IMG/VR virus record: IMGVR_UViG_3300042907_001080
Location: 186,001 to 250,000 of that record
Length of the DNA stretch: 64,000 nt
Direction: 5' to 3' (one strand)
Positions 1-8,800 of this stretch are shown piece by piece. Numbering within the stretch: the stretch's first letter is position 1; every line of letters starts with the position of its first letter. Position numbers and translations under genes: made by a program. Under the pieces are notes generated by a model. That model saw only the letters and a program-made list of their open reading frames with translations. It was not told the origin of the DNA and did no database searches.

Positions 1-293
1 ATATGCGAGGTAGAACTTTTAAAAACGCAGTGGTTGTAGCTGATGAGATGCAGAATGCTACACCTAGTCAGATGAAGATGTTGCTGACGAGACTAGGACA
101 GAACAGCAAGATGGTAGTTACAGGAGACCTACAACAGGCTGATCGTCCTAGCAACAATGGCTTACTAGAATTTTTGGGATTGTATAATAACTTCCAGGGC
201 CACAGATATGTGGATCTAGTAAAATTTGATGTGCAGGATGTTGAACGTCACGAAGCTGTTAAGGAGATATTAGCAATCTACGGCGACGATTAA
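1..293 (+). CDS. phoH: PhoH-like ATPase, C-terminal part (5'-truncated by window)
   Basis: MRGRTF..VVADEMQNAT..QMKMLLTRLG..SKMVVTGDLQQAD..RH are PhoH family motifs. Confidence 0.93.
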   Translation, partial: MRGRTFKNAVVVADEMQNATPSQMKMLLTRLGQNSKMVVTGDLQQADRPSNNGLLEFLGLYNNFQGHRYVDLVKFDVQDVERHEAVKEILAIYGDD

Positions 294-532
294 TCTTTAG
301 GGAGGTAGGGGGTCAAGCGATCCCCTAACATTCTTTTATAAAACTCGATCATGTCATCATATCCTGCATCAGGATTGAGCCCGTTTTTGATCACAGTTTT
401 CTTTTCAAAGTCTAGTATAACCTTGGAAGTCTGGATATCTGTGGTTCTGTAGTGCCTTTTGAATTCAGTGACTTCGTCGTATTTGCCATCAGGCTTCTTG
501 ATGTATTTCACTATCATGTATCTATTATCCAT
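290..532 (-). CDS. hypothetical protein
   Basis: 80-aa ORF coupled to neighbouring minus-strand genes. Confidence 0.7.
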   Translation of the reverse strand: MDNRYMIVKYIKKPDGKYDEVTEFKRHYRTTDIQTSKVILDFEKKTVIKNGLNPDAGYDDMIEFYKRMLGDRLTPYLPKD

Positions 533-1019
533 TTACGCTATTTCCTTCTTGATCTATTTCCATCCAGGTGTGATCGCCCATGTATTTTACTCGAGCCTGA
601 TATTCATAGTCTTCTGGAGCACTACTGGACCAATCGTTGGGACCATGTTGTGTTAGCAATGTATATTGCTTTCTCTTGTCCCATGCTAGCCAATAGATAT
701 TACCCATTACCGGTTGAAACTGATACACCGCAGCATGAACAGCATCTGTGATATCTAATCTACGCTTGATAGCCTGCGCCTGTTTTTCTAACACATTAAC
801 CAATTCCACAATTCGATCGTATTCCTGCTGTGCATACATCCTAGCATGATTGATCATTAGATCTTTCTGCTTGGTTACCGGAACTAACTCGAATTTAACT
901 CCTCCGGCTTCCGTGGGATATTCTGATACGTTTCTATTGAAGAAAGGCACCATTGTTCCACCTATATCGGCATCAAAACTATTTCTGCCTTTGGCAAGAT
1001 TAGATTTTTTATCCGCCAT
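525..1019 (-). CDS. conserved hypothetical protein (DUF2452-like)
   Basis: YPTEAGG..F..VPV..QKDLMIN.AR..AQQEYDRI and F.PVMGNIYWL pattern. Confidence 0.65.
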   Translation of the reverse strand: MADKKSNLAKGRNSFDADIGGTMVPFFNRNVSEYPTEAGGVKFELVPVTKQKDLMINHARMYAQQEYDRIVELVNVLEKQAQAIKRRLDITDAVHAAVYQFQPVMGNIYWLAWDKRKQYTLLTQHGPNDWSSSAPEDYEYQARVKYMGDHTWMEIDQEGNSVNG

Positions 1020-1932
1020 TAATCTTTGATAATTTTACCAGAGTAGATGCTAAATTAATTTCTGGATCGATGATCAATGTGTGATCTACCAGAGCCTGCT
1101 TAATGACATGCAAAGCCTTGTCCTGATGTTCTTCTGATCCAAAAATATCTAAATGGTTGTATAGCCACACATATACTTCTTGCATCTCTTCAGCACGTAG
1201 TTTACCGCACAACATCTTACGTGCTTCTTGGATCTTTCCTGCTCTGAACAACTCGACCATATCAAACTTCCACTCTGCAGATCCTACATCTTCCTTAGTA
1301 GCACTGTGCAGTTTGGCATCGTTGGTATTTTGTTGCAATAAATTTAGACATTTACGCAGATCAGGATATGTGGTAGACACATACATATCTAGGGTATCTA
1401 AATCAAATTCAACGTTTTCTTCAACCAACACAGTGGCAGCTCTAGCGGTAAACTCTGTTTGATCAAGTTTTGAGAAATGCCATTGTTGGCAACGACTGTG
1501 CAATGCTGGCACAATCATATTAGGATTATTACAGGTTAAAATAAAGCGAGCATAATTGCTGTATTCTTCTATGATGCCTTTTAACGAATCCTGCGCCTGC
1601 GGACTAAGACGATCTGCTTCGTCTAACAGCACCACCTTAAAGGCACCCCAAGCGATACTGCTGATAAATGGCACTATCTTGTTGCGTATGAAATCAATAC
1701 CTGTTTCTCTACTGGCGTTTACTTCTAGCACATCAGCATCGAGAATTTCGATTTCGTTGACCAGAATCTTAGCCATGGTGGTTTTACCAATGCCTGGAGG
1801 CCCGCTTAACAGTAGATGAGGAATGCTTTTTTCAGCCACCCATGTTTCGACCTGTTTACGTTGTGCAGAGTCACGCCATACATACCCTTCCATCTTTTTA
1901 GGACGATACTTCTCAACCCATAGTTCTTTCAT
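1009..1932 (-). CDS. sliding-clamp loader AAA+ subunit (RFC small subunit / T4 gp44-like)
   Basis: LWVEKYRP, Walker A GPPGIGKTT, NAS, Walker B LLDEAD, SRC motif. Confidence 0.93.
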   Translation of the reverse strand: MKELWVEKYRPKKMEGYVWRDSAQRKQVETWVAEKSIPHLLLSGPPGIGKTTMAKILVNEIEILDADVLEVNASRETGIDFIRNKIVPFISSIAWGAFKVVLLDEADRLSPQAQDSLKGIIEEYSNYARFILTCNNPNMIVPALHSRCQQWHFSKLDQTEFTARAATVLVEENVEFDLDTLDMYVSTTYPDLRKCLNLLQQNTNDAKLHSATKEDVGSAEWKFDMVELFRAGKIQEARKMLCGKLRAEEMQEVYVWLYNHLDIFGSEEHQDKALHVIKQALVDHTLIIDPEINLASTLVKLSKINGG

Positions 1933-2120
1933 TCTTTTGCCTTGTTAATAATGTCTTGTGTAATTATACTATTTTCTGCATCATACAGCGAGAGGTTATG
2001 CAATCGATCTGCGCATGATCGAATGTCGTCGCTTAACTGGCCTCGACCAATTTCTCTTTCTACTGTGCGAGCAATCTCGTGTAATGCAATCACCGCATCA
2101 ACTAATTCAATATTCCTCAT
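1929..2120 (-). CDS. hypothetical protein
   Basis: Start revised to ATG at 2120 (MRNIELV...), ATGA-coupled to the upstream small ORF. Confidence 0.65.
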   Translation of the reverse strand: MRNIELVDAVIALHEIARTVEREIGRGQLSDDIRSCADRLHNLSLYDAENSIITQDIINKAKE

Positions 2121-2284
2121 ACCAATTCCTCTACCACACCGAGTATCTCTGCTGAAATAATAAGAGCGCCTGCCCAATACAAATTACCAGCAATTAATAC
2201 TGCACCAGCAATAATTCGTAATCCGCTTTTTACAAGACTAACATAAAAATGTCCTTTGCTGGTATCTTTAGGTTGGATTTCCAT
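2117..2284 (-). CDS. small membrane protein, 55 aa (not in ORF track)
   Basis: Manual translation MEIQPKDTSKGHFYVSLVKSGLRIIAGAVLIAGNLYWAGALIISAEILGVVEELV; overlaps both neighbours in operon fashion. Confidence 0.7.
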   Translation of the reverse strand: MEIQPKDTSKGHFYVSLVKSGLRIIAGAVLIAGNLYWAGALIISAEILGVVEELV

Positions 2285-2714
2285 CTTTTAGTCCTTTATT
2301 AATTTCTGCTGCAATAACACGTTGTCTAAGTTCGCTAGTTGAGAAATTGTGTTCACGTTTGTTAAAATAAAATTCAATGCCTCGATCGTCACATTCCCAT
2401 CGACCTGTAAAATCTTTTTCTGCGTATTCCTGTCCTAATATTCTAACATTAATAGGATAAGAAAGCAAGATATTTACAAGATCGGCTTCCGTTTCGTAGA
2501 CAAGTATCTCGTCAATATACTTACAGGCTTTCAGTTGTTCGTAGCGTTCAAATACACTTTGAATAGGTTTATTTTTTTCAGTAGGACGATCAATGGTGGG
2601 ATCTGTTTGCAACCCCACAATCAAATGATCGCATTGTGTCTTTGCTTCCTTGAGCATCATGATATGCCCAGCATGAAACAGGTCAAAGGTTGAGCAGGTA
2701 AAGCCTACTGTCAT
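2268..2714 (-). CDS. cytidylyltransferase (TagD/glycerol-3-phosphate CTase-like)
   Basis: STFDLFHAGH (HxGH), LIVGLQTD, KREHNFSTSELR. Confidence 0.88.
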   Translation of the reverse strand: MTVGFTCSTFDLFHAGHIMMLKEAKTQCDHLIVGLQTDPTIDRPTEKNKPIQSVFERYEQLKACKYIDEILVYETEADLVNILLSYPINVRILGQEYAEKDFTGRWECDDRGIEFYFNKREHNFSTSELRQRVIAAEINKGLKDGNPT

Positions 2715-3082
2715 TTTCTACTCAAAAACTCTTTGAGATTTGGTGGAGTCCAACCATCGGGCTTGAGAACTTTGCCATCTTCACGTTTAATTACTTTACC
2801 TGTCTTTTTATCAATTTTAGCAAAGTTGGTACGCATAACTTCTTTCCAGGCACCTTCTGCAGCTGCACCCATTGAGTGAATAGCACCGATAGTTACAACT
2901 AAGATGTCAATTAGCGCATCTAGAGATTCTACTTTGTCGTTATTATCTATTGCTACAGCAAGTTCTCTAGTTTCTTCCTCAATGAGTTTTAGATACATAT
3001 TGAACTGATCTTGATTGAGGGATTCAACTGCTTGATCGCAGGCCCGCATGAATTTTTCTTGATCACGAAATGGATTGGTCAT
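2711..3082 (-). CDS. MazG-like NTP pyrophosphohydrolase (PRA-PH-like)
   Basis: LIEEE..EL, DALIDILVV, N.AK..KREDGKVLKP.GW. Confidence 0.85.
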   Translation of the reverse strand: MTNPFRDQEKFMRACDQAVESLNQDQFNMYLKLIEEETRELAVAIDNNDKVESLDALIDILVVTIGAIHSMGAAAEGAWKEVMRTNFAKIDKKTGKVIKREDGKVLKPDGWTPPNLKEFLSRK

Positions 3083-3091
3083 TGTATCTCC

Positions 3092-3331
3092 TTAAGACTT
3101 TAATATCTTAATGATACATTTTTTTTCCTGTTCCTGCAACCACTCTTTTTCCAAATCTCCGAAGTCTGGAGAATCTGCCAAGGCAGTATCTACCAGGACC
3201 TTGATCTGATACAGATCTTGTTTGGCGTAAAAGGCAGTGAAATGATCATTGTACGGATCTCGGCATTCTCTAACCAAGGCACGTAGTTGATTTGAGATAT
3301 CAGCGATATCCGAACTTTTACGTAATTCCAT
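3092..3331 (-). CDS. hypothetical protein
   Basis: 79-aa ORF in operon. Confidence 0.65.
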   Translation of the reverse strand: MELRKSSDIADISNQLRALVRECRDPYNDHFTAFYAKQDLYQIKVLVDTALADSPDFGDLEKEWLQEQEKKCIIKILKS

Positions 3332-3750
3332 TAGTTAATTCTTGACATGTTTCCAGGTAGGAAGTCTTGTGGATCGATATTCATGCTTGATCCGTTTGAA
3401 AATTCCTGACCGATGTAGAAATCATTTGGTCTTTCGTCAGCAACTGCAATAACAGCTGTGGTTTCTACTTTTTGAAATTCTTTATCACCGTCGCCGTCGT
3501 TGATTTTAATCTTACGAGTCCACCGACCGTGTTCAATAAGAACCCACTGACCGATCTTGACATCGAGATCACATTCATCGCCGACTTTATAAACTTCAGC
3601 CCAACGAGGTTTAACACCGTGTGCTTTACCATCGTCACTTTGAATAACGATGCCGCCCGCAGTTTTCATTTCGCCCATGTCCATGTTAATAACAAGAAGG
3701 TCCTTTGGCAGAGGACGAACCTGCATGTGTCGTGCTTCGAGATTGAACAT
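3331..3750 (-). CDS. groES: co-chaperonin GroES-like (gp31-like)
   Basis: VRPL..DLLV, KTAGGIVI mobile loop, AEVYKVG, DVKIGQWVL. Confidence 0.82.
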   Translation of the reverse strand: MFNLEARHMQVRPLPKDLLVINMDMGEMKTAGGIVIQSDDGKAHGVKPRWAEVYKVGDECDLDVKIGQWVLIEHGRWTRKIKINDGDGDKEFQKVETTAVIAVADERPNDFYIGQEFSNGSSMNIDPQDFLPGNMSRIN

Positions 3751-3758
3751 AGTTTACC

Positions 3759-3989
3759 TTATTTCTTGTTGCTGCGAGCAGCTACTTCTTCATGTAATGC
3801 GTTGGGATTTTGTGCATAATAATCTGCTAGCACTTGTTCGCGTGTGCGTATCACTCTGCCACCTTCGCCAATTTCGTCACCTCGAGCGTTGACTTTCATA
3901 TTGCCCACAGCCGGAGTTTTTTCAAATCTCAAGCTCATCTTTTCCATGTCAATTTCTTTGCCTCTCATTGAGGTATAAGTTCTTCCCAT
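3759..3989 (-). CDS. hypothetical protein
   Basis: Start revised to MGRTY with AAGGAG SD; AVGNMKVNARGDEIG.GG motif. Confidence 0.7.
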   Translation of the reverse strand: MGRTYTSMRGKEIDMEKMSLRFEKTPAVGNMKVNARGDEIGEGGRVIRTREQVLADYYAQNPNALHEEVAARSNKK

Positions 3990-3990
3990 T

Positions 3991-4452
3991 TTATTCTCCT
4001 TTAAAGAATTCGTTAATTGGTAGCTTGTATTTAACACTGTCTATTTTGTGTACGCCAATTATGAACAGCACATAACTAGCTACCGAACTGCCTCTACCTA
4101 CTCCCCAAACAATATTATTGCTTCTGAGAGTATCTACCACATATTTCATTGCTCGCAACACAGGAATCAAATTATGATTTCTATATAATTCGATCTCTTG
4201 TAACAATCTATCATAGTTTTGTTCTGGACAGTGATCCACCAAAAATGCTTCTATGTCCATGCATTGATATTCTTTGGGTATAAACCATTCAGTGCAGTCT
4301 ATGTCAGCGGGGGGAATTGGATAGTTCAAATGCTCTTGATGCAATCTATTCACATATTGTGAAAGATCATCAGAAGTCTGGCAATGTTCCAGTATGTCTG
4401 GCCCATGCTGCATCACACCTTGAATAAGTTGTTGCGTTGTATTAGTCCACAT
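3991..4452 (-). CDS. dnaE: DNA polymerase III alpha (family C) fragment; stand-alone piece of the NTPase/palm region
   Basis: RLLQEIELY, YVVDTLRSNNIVWGVGRGSSVASYVLFIIGVHKIDSVKYKL matches DnaE GPGRGS..GSLV.Y.LGIT.IDP. Confidence 0.8.
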   Translation of the reverse strand: MWTNTTQQLIQGVMQHGPDILEHCQTSDDLSQYVNRLHQEHLNYPIPPADIDCTEWFIPKEYQCMDIEAFLVDHCPEQNYDRLLQEIELYRNHNLIPVLRAMKYVVDTLRSNNIVWGVGRGSSVASYVLFIIGVHKIDSVKYKLPINEFFKGE

Positions 4453-4672
4453 TGATCAATTGACCTAAATCACCATCTGCCTGTTTCAATTTCTGAGCAT
4501 GCCTCTTTGCGAGTTCTTCTCTATATATTGTAACAAAAGTAGATAGCTGTGTCAAGAGATCTCTACTGCCCATTCTTGCAGCAGCATGATATTTTTTATT
4601 CAATTCGATTAGGCGATTTTCAATGTCTTGATCTTTGTATTCTGACAGATCGCCGCTAAGGGGATGAAACAT
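4442..4672 (-). CDS. hypothetical protein
   Basis: Start revised to MFHPL at 4672 (TAATG coupling). Confidence 0.65.
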   Translation of the reverse strand: MFHPLSGDLSEYKDQDIENRLIELNKKYHAAARMGSRDLLTQLSTFVTIYREELAKRHAQKLKQADGDLGQLINVD

Positions 4673-5253
4673 TAGCTGTATAATCCTAGATAGTTCAAGA
4701 AAATCACGGTGGCACTGTGCCTCCATACTTCGATGATCACCGGATCGGTAGTAGATGTGACTGTAACTGATACAGGAAACCCTGGTGATTTTTTAATCAC
4801 TGTGCCACCCGAAGTAGTAAATGTAATGGTTCTAGCAGTACCATCACCATAAAGTTCTAGAGTGGCTTTACCAATCTGTCCGAGTCCTGTGACATCCACC
4901 GCTCCGGTAGGAAATTCAGAGAATGACAAGCTGGTGTTTGCTCCGAATTTTACTATGTGATACATGGCCTGCTTAAAACTGATGTCTTGTGTGCCTGCTA
5001 CAATGGCAGCACCATAGTCCTTTTTACGCAGGTATGCATCTTGTAAAGTTAGGGACCCTACTACGTTGTATAAGAAATCGTTGTCTTCGTCTTTGCGGGC
5101 CGCATTATCCTGCAGATCTGTGATCTCATTCTTAGCAGCAGAGAAGTTGGTTTTGATAGTATCAAAGTTATCTCTGAATACCTGCGTGTCGTTGTCCTGT
5201 CCAGCTACAGGAAAGTTTTCATTTATTGCTGCGAAATTGATAAGGCTTGTCAA
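4672..5253 (-). CDS. putative virion structural protein
   Basis: FPVAGQDNDTQVFRDNF N-terminus, beta-rich C-terminus, located in structural module. Confidence 0.6.
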   Translation of the reverse strand: MTSLINFAAINENFPVAGQDNDTQVFRDNFDTIKTNFSAAKNEITDLQDNAARKDEDNDFLYNVVGSLTLQDAYLRKKDYGAAIVAGTQDISFKQAMYHIVKFGANTSLSFSEFPTGAVDVTGLGQIGKATLELYGDGTARTITFTTSGGTVIKKSPGFPVSVTVTSTTDPVIIEVWRHSATVIFLNYLGLYS

Positions 5254-7751
5254 GGTAATTTTTCTCCACGTTGCGGGAATGCAAGGTATTTATCCTCTAT
5301 TTCTCCGTCTATAATATCTATTATATAGCGATCTGCTACAAAGTCAATGGTTTTAAAATCAAAGCCACTGGCTTTGATTCTAGCTAATATATTTTCAGCC
5401 GGGCTGGCCGCTGCATCATTGTCCGATCCCGGCTTGCAATAGCACAGAGGCAAGGCTGATACATATCCTGTTTCAAAAGATGCTTGGTCTTGTGTGCTGC
5501 GCATCCATAAGGGCAAAAATTCTCGATCTCTGTCCCCTATTGCGCTGATGCGTGATCTCATGTTTTTAATAGAATTAGGAAACACTCGCTGATGATCACT
5601 GTCGCTGACCAAGGGAATGTCGCTGTCTATTTTGATACTGTCATAGCTGATCAATACCTTGCTGTTAATGTTATTGGGTAGATTCACTGTTTGGCTGATG
5701 CTGCGACCGTTTTTTTCTAGGTCGTCTATGATTTCTACATAGATGACTTCATAGATGGTCTCTTGTGTTACAGGATCTTTGGCCTTGGCAGTTTTCACTT
5801 GTCCAAATTTCAATCTCTTGTGATAATGATTGCGACTCATGGCCTGCACAAATTTCTCAGCCTTGACACTTTCTATACCTGCATATATCAAAACTCGAAG
5901 ATCTGTCTGCACACTGAAATTAACGTCACCATATCGATAGATGTCTGTGGGGCGGAATATTGTTGCATCAGTGATAAAATTGAACCACGCTAATCTTTTG
6001 GGCTTTGATTGCAGAGCTTTGACATAGAGATTGGCAAAAGTTTTATTGTTTGCAACCAACACAGATAAATTAAATGTGCGATTTAATGTGGCAAAATTCA
6101 CACTGTCTCTGGCTCGCACAGTAAATGTAAACTTGAGATCGAACGTTGTGGTAGCAGCGTCGAAGGTCGAGGAATAATCTCTACTGAGTGTAGAACTGTC
6201 TTCAGCGGGTGATAGGTTGTCTGTGCGTTCGAAAAATCTTGTTAGTCCTGGACCAGTGTCATCTGCAAACTGTTTGATCTTGCCCTGTATTGCACCTGTA
6301 GGCAAAAATTGTAGTCCAGCAGGGAGATTGCCTGACACCCATTCATAGCTGATTCTCCCGCCATATAGTAGACTGGTTGCTTGAATGTATTTGTCAGAAG
6401 CAGTGTTTGGTTTGATTGTTCCAAGATCACTGTCAGTGATCCATTCTACTGCGCTGTCGATTTCTCCGATCACAGTGACAGTGAAAGTTTTTTCAGTCTT
6501 TGAAGTGCTGGCTCGCCAATATTCTTCATCAGTAGGTAGTCTATTAAGATGAGTTTTCACACTGATATATGTTACCCCAATGAATTCCACAGCGTCATTG
6601 ATTTTGTAAGTGGTAGAGTTATTCCATGTGCCTTTATATAGATAAGACGTATAGGCCAACTCTGCAGGATAATTCACAGCACGGACAGTGAATTGATAAT
6701 TTCTTGAGATTCTAGCCTGATATGGCACAGCCCCTGCTATGTCACCTGTGGTAGTATCTAGTTCCATGCCAGGAGGCAGTTGACTCTGCGAACCGTCGGG
6801 ATTGGTAGGCAATAGAAAGTATGCGATAGTGCCGGATAACGTGGGAGGATCATAGACATCTAAAAATATAGTTACATAGTTATTGGCACGGAAGCGGCCA
6901 AGATCGCTGTCAGTGATCCAAATTGGCACACGAGCACTGCTGGCATCTGCTTGAAATATATTGGTGTCGACCTGCACTATTGAGTTATCGGCTTGTAGAA
7001 ACTCTTCAGTGACCACATAGATTTTAAACAGCCTAGTTTCGGTATACACTCCGTCAGTGACAGCTACTATGAAATTGTAGATCCTGCTGAGACGTCTAGG
7101 AGTTCTGCTGGGTTCATTGTAATCAAACACAGTGATGTCGTAGGTAAATGTGTCAAAACCATTGCCTCGAGCTTGTATAAAGTCTATGGGAAATACGTCT
7201 AAGGGTGCGGTGTCATAGCCACCTGAAGTTTCCAGGTTGTATTCTACGGCAAATATGGGATCGGTGAAACCTGATATTATACCACTCTTGCTGAGGCTGA
7301 GTCCAGGAGGCAATACTCCTCCATTGGGCACAAGATAAAATTCTAATACATCACTGGCAATGAGATCTGTGTCACGTGCTTCAAGTTGAAAGTCGACCGG
7401 TGCATTGTCTAATACAAAGTAAGCTTCTGCTGGGCCGACGTTTAAAAATCCTTCCTTGGTGAGCCATATAGGTCTGTCACTGCCATCCACAGCCAGCTTA
7501 AAAGTGCGGTCTTCAATGTCCACACCGTCCGATGCTCGAATCACAAATCTACTTTCTGTATAGACTTTTACTTCAGTGGGACTGCCTTTGATAGCCCCAT
7601 CGATCAGTTTGAGTCCACGAGGCAAGGCACCTGCGATTAAGCTGTATGAGACAGTGGCTGTGAGATTGGTTGCGGCCTGTAATTGTATATCAATAGGTAT
7701 ACGTTCAGTGAGTAAGCCTAGACTATCTGCAGGAGTGATCCATGTTATCAT
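5250..7751 (-). CDS. putative Ig-domain baseplate wedge-like protein
   Basis: Repeated He_PIG-like G.LP.GL.L...G.I.G units; T4-like baseplate context. Confidence 0.75.
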   Translation of the reverse strand: MITWITPADSLGLLTERIPIDIQLQAATNLTATVSYSLIAGALPRGLKLIDGAIKGSPTEVKVYTESRFVIRASDGVDIEDRTFKLAVDGSDRPIWLTKEGFLNVGPAEAYFVLDNAPVDFQLEARDTDLIASDVLEFYLVPNGGVLPPGLSLSKSGIISGFTDPIFAVEYNLETSGGYDTAPLDVFPIDFIQARGNGFDTFTYDITVFDYNEPSRTPRRLSRIYNFIVAVTDGVYTETRLFKIYVVTEEFLQADNSIVQVDTNIFQADASSARVPIWITDSDLGRFRANNYVTIFLDVYDPPTLSGTIAYFLLPTNPDGSQSQLPPGMELDTTTGDIAGAVPYQARISRNYQFTVRAVNYPAELAYTSYLYKGTWNNSTTYKINDAVEFIGVTYISVKTHLNRLPTDEEYWRASTSKTEKTFTVTVIGEIDSAVEWITDSDLGTIKPNTASDKYIQATSLLYGGRISYEWVSGNLPAGLQFLPTGAIQGKIKQFADDTGPGLTRFFERTDNLSPAEDSSTLSRDYSSTFDAATTTFDLKFTFTVRARDSVNFATLNRTFNLSVLVANNKTFANLYVKALQSKPKRLAWFNFITDATIFRPTDIYRYGDVNFSVQTDLRVLIYAGIESVKAEKFVQAMSRNHYHKRLKFGQVKTAKAKDPVTQETIYEVIYVEIIDDLEKNGRSISQTVNLPNNINSKVLISYDSIKIDSDIPLVSDSDHQRVFPNSIKNMRSRISAIGDRDREFLPLWMRSTQDQASFETGYVSALPLCYCKPGSDNDAAASPAENILARIKASGFDFKTIDFVADRYIIDIIDGEIEDKYLAFPQRGEKLP

Positions 7752-7762
7752 GTGATCAATCC

Positions 7763-8338
7763 TTAGAGAAGTGTGCCGCAGTCCAGATCCATGCGTCCAG
7801 GCAGCAGTATGGTGCCAAAATCTATGTTTGCAGATTGTAAAGCTACCTGCATGGCATTGGTATAAGTGCCGTCTATGCGTCCAAAATCATAGGAAGTTAA
7901 AATGTCTGTGACTGGAATAATGGTTTTGAAACTCACTGTGGAGCCAAAAGCAGTGACTTCTATGTCCTTTCTGCTGGTAGTAGATCCAGGAGCTGCTACG
8001 CCAGCCATGGTAATCTGTTGATGTGTGCTGGCCAGCATAACACCAGCATCGGTGTCTATTCTAATAAAAGCATCTGGAGCAGTGCTGTTGACTGTAATAG
8101 TATCTGTGTTTTCGTCCAACAGCATCTTGGTGCCGGATACTAGCTTTTTAAATTTTAGATCAGCGCCTACTTTTTCTTTGAAAACACCTGCACCCACCGC
8201 ACCTACGTTGGTAGCAGTGATAGTTAGTTGTGTGCTTATATCTGCGAAGTTTGCATTTACTTTCTGGAATGCCGTGCGTAGATCATCGCCCAGTCCATCA
8301 TTTACCACATTGCCGATATTGATTGTTTGTATAGTCAT
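7763..8338 (-). CDS. baseplate/fibre protein with gp9/gp10-like N-terminus
   Basis: INIGNVVNDGLGDDLRTAFQKVNANF. Confidence 0.7.
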   Translation of the reverse strand: MTIQTINIGNVVNDGLGDDLRTAFQKVNANFADISTQLTITATNVGAVGAGVFKEKVGADLKFKKLVSGTKMLLDENTDTITVNSTAPDAFIRIDTDAGVMLASTHQQITMAGVAAPGSTTSRKDIEVTAFGSTVSFKTIIPVTDILTSYDFGRIDGTYTNAMQVALQSANIDFGTILLPGRMDLDCGTLL

Positions 8339-8359
8339 AACACGCTCTCTTTAGTGTAT

Positions 8360-8800
8360 TTACCGTTTTTTGAAGTTAAAGGCTATGCTAATTCTAACTG
8401 CCTTACTAGTATTAGGTCTTACTCTATGCTCTAAACTACCAGGAAATACTAGCAGATCTCCTGCTTGGGGTGATTCTGTCCAATATGCTTCGCCCTGCTT
8501 AAACTCTATAAGACCCGCAGGAACCTGTACATACAGCACCCCAACTCTAGCCCACTGACTGTGACTATGCCAACCCGTGCCTTCACCCTGTAGATTAACA
8601 TTAAACCACCATGTGTCTATACTACCCGCTTCTGCTTCAACTGCCCTATATGTTGATTCAAACCATGGAAAAGGCTGACCAGTATAACCTATACTCTGCC
8701 AGCCTGCTCCGTACCTGCGTCTATAGTCCAAACCACGCTGATGTTGTATCAGTTCCGCCAACCCTGCGTCAACTGCCAGCCTGCGTTGTTCAAACATCAA
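8360..8800 (-). CDS. 2OG-Fe(II) oxygenase-like protein
   Basis: WFNVN..G...WHSH, GVLYV, GDLLVFPGSLEHRV.PN...RISIAFN. Confidence 0.82.
   Translation of the reverse strand: MMFEQRRLAVDAGLAELIQHQRGLDYRRRYGAGWQSIGYTGQPFPWFESTYRAVEAEAGSIDTWWFNVNLQGEGTGWHSHSQWARVGVLYVQVPAGLIEFKQGEAYWTESPQAGDLLVFPGSLEHRVRPNTSKAVRISIAFNFKKR

Noticed and set aside
1009-1932. Eukaryotic giant virus or archaeal origin suggested by the RFC-like protein
   Set aside because: Sigma70 promoters, SD sites, overlapping operons, tail fibres and phoH indicate a bacteriophage; T4 gp44 shares these motifs.
2120-2177. N-terminal extension of ORF 1929-2177 given in the track
   Set aside because: It overlaps a better 55-aa membrane-protein ORF; ATGA coupling supports the start at 2120.
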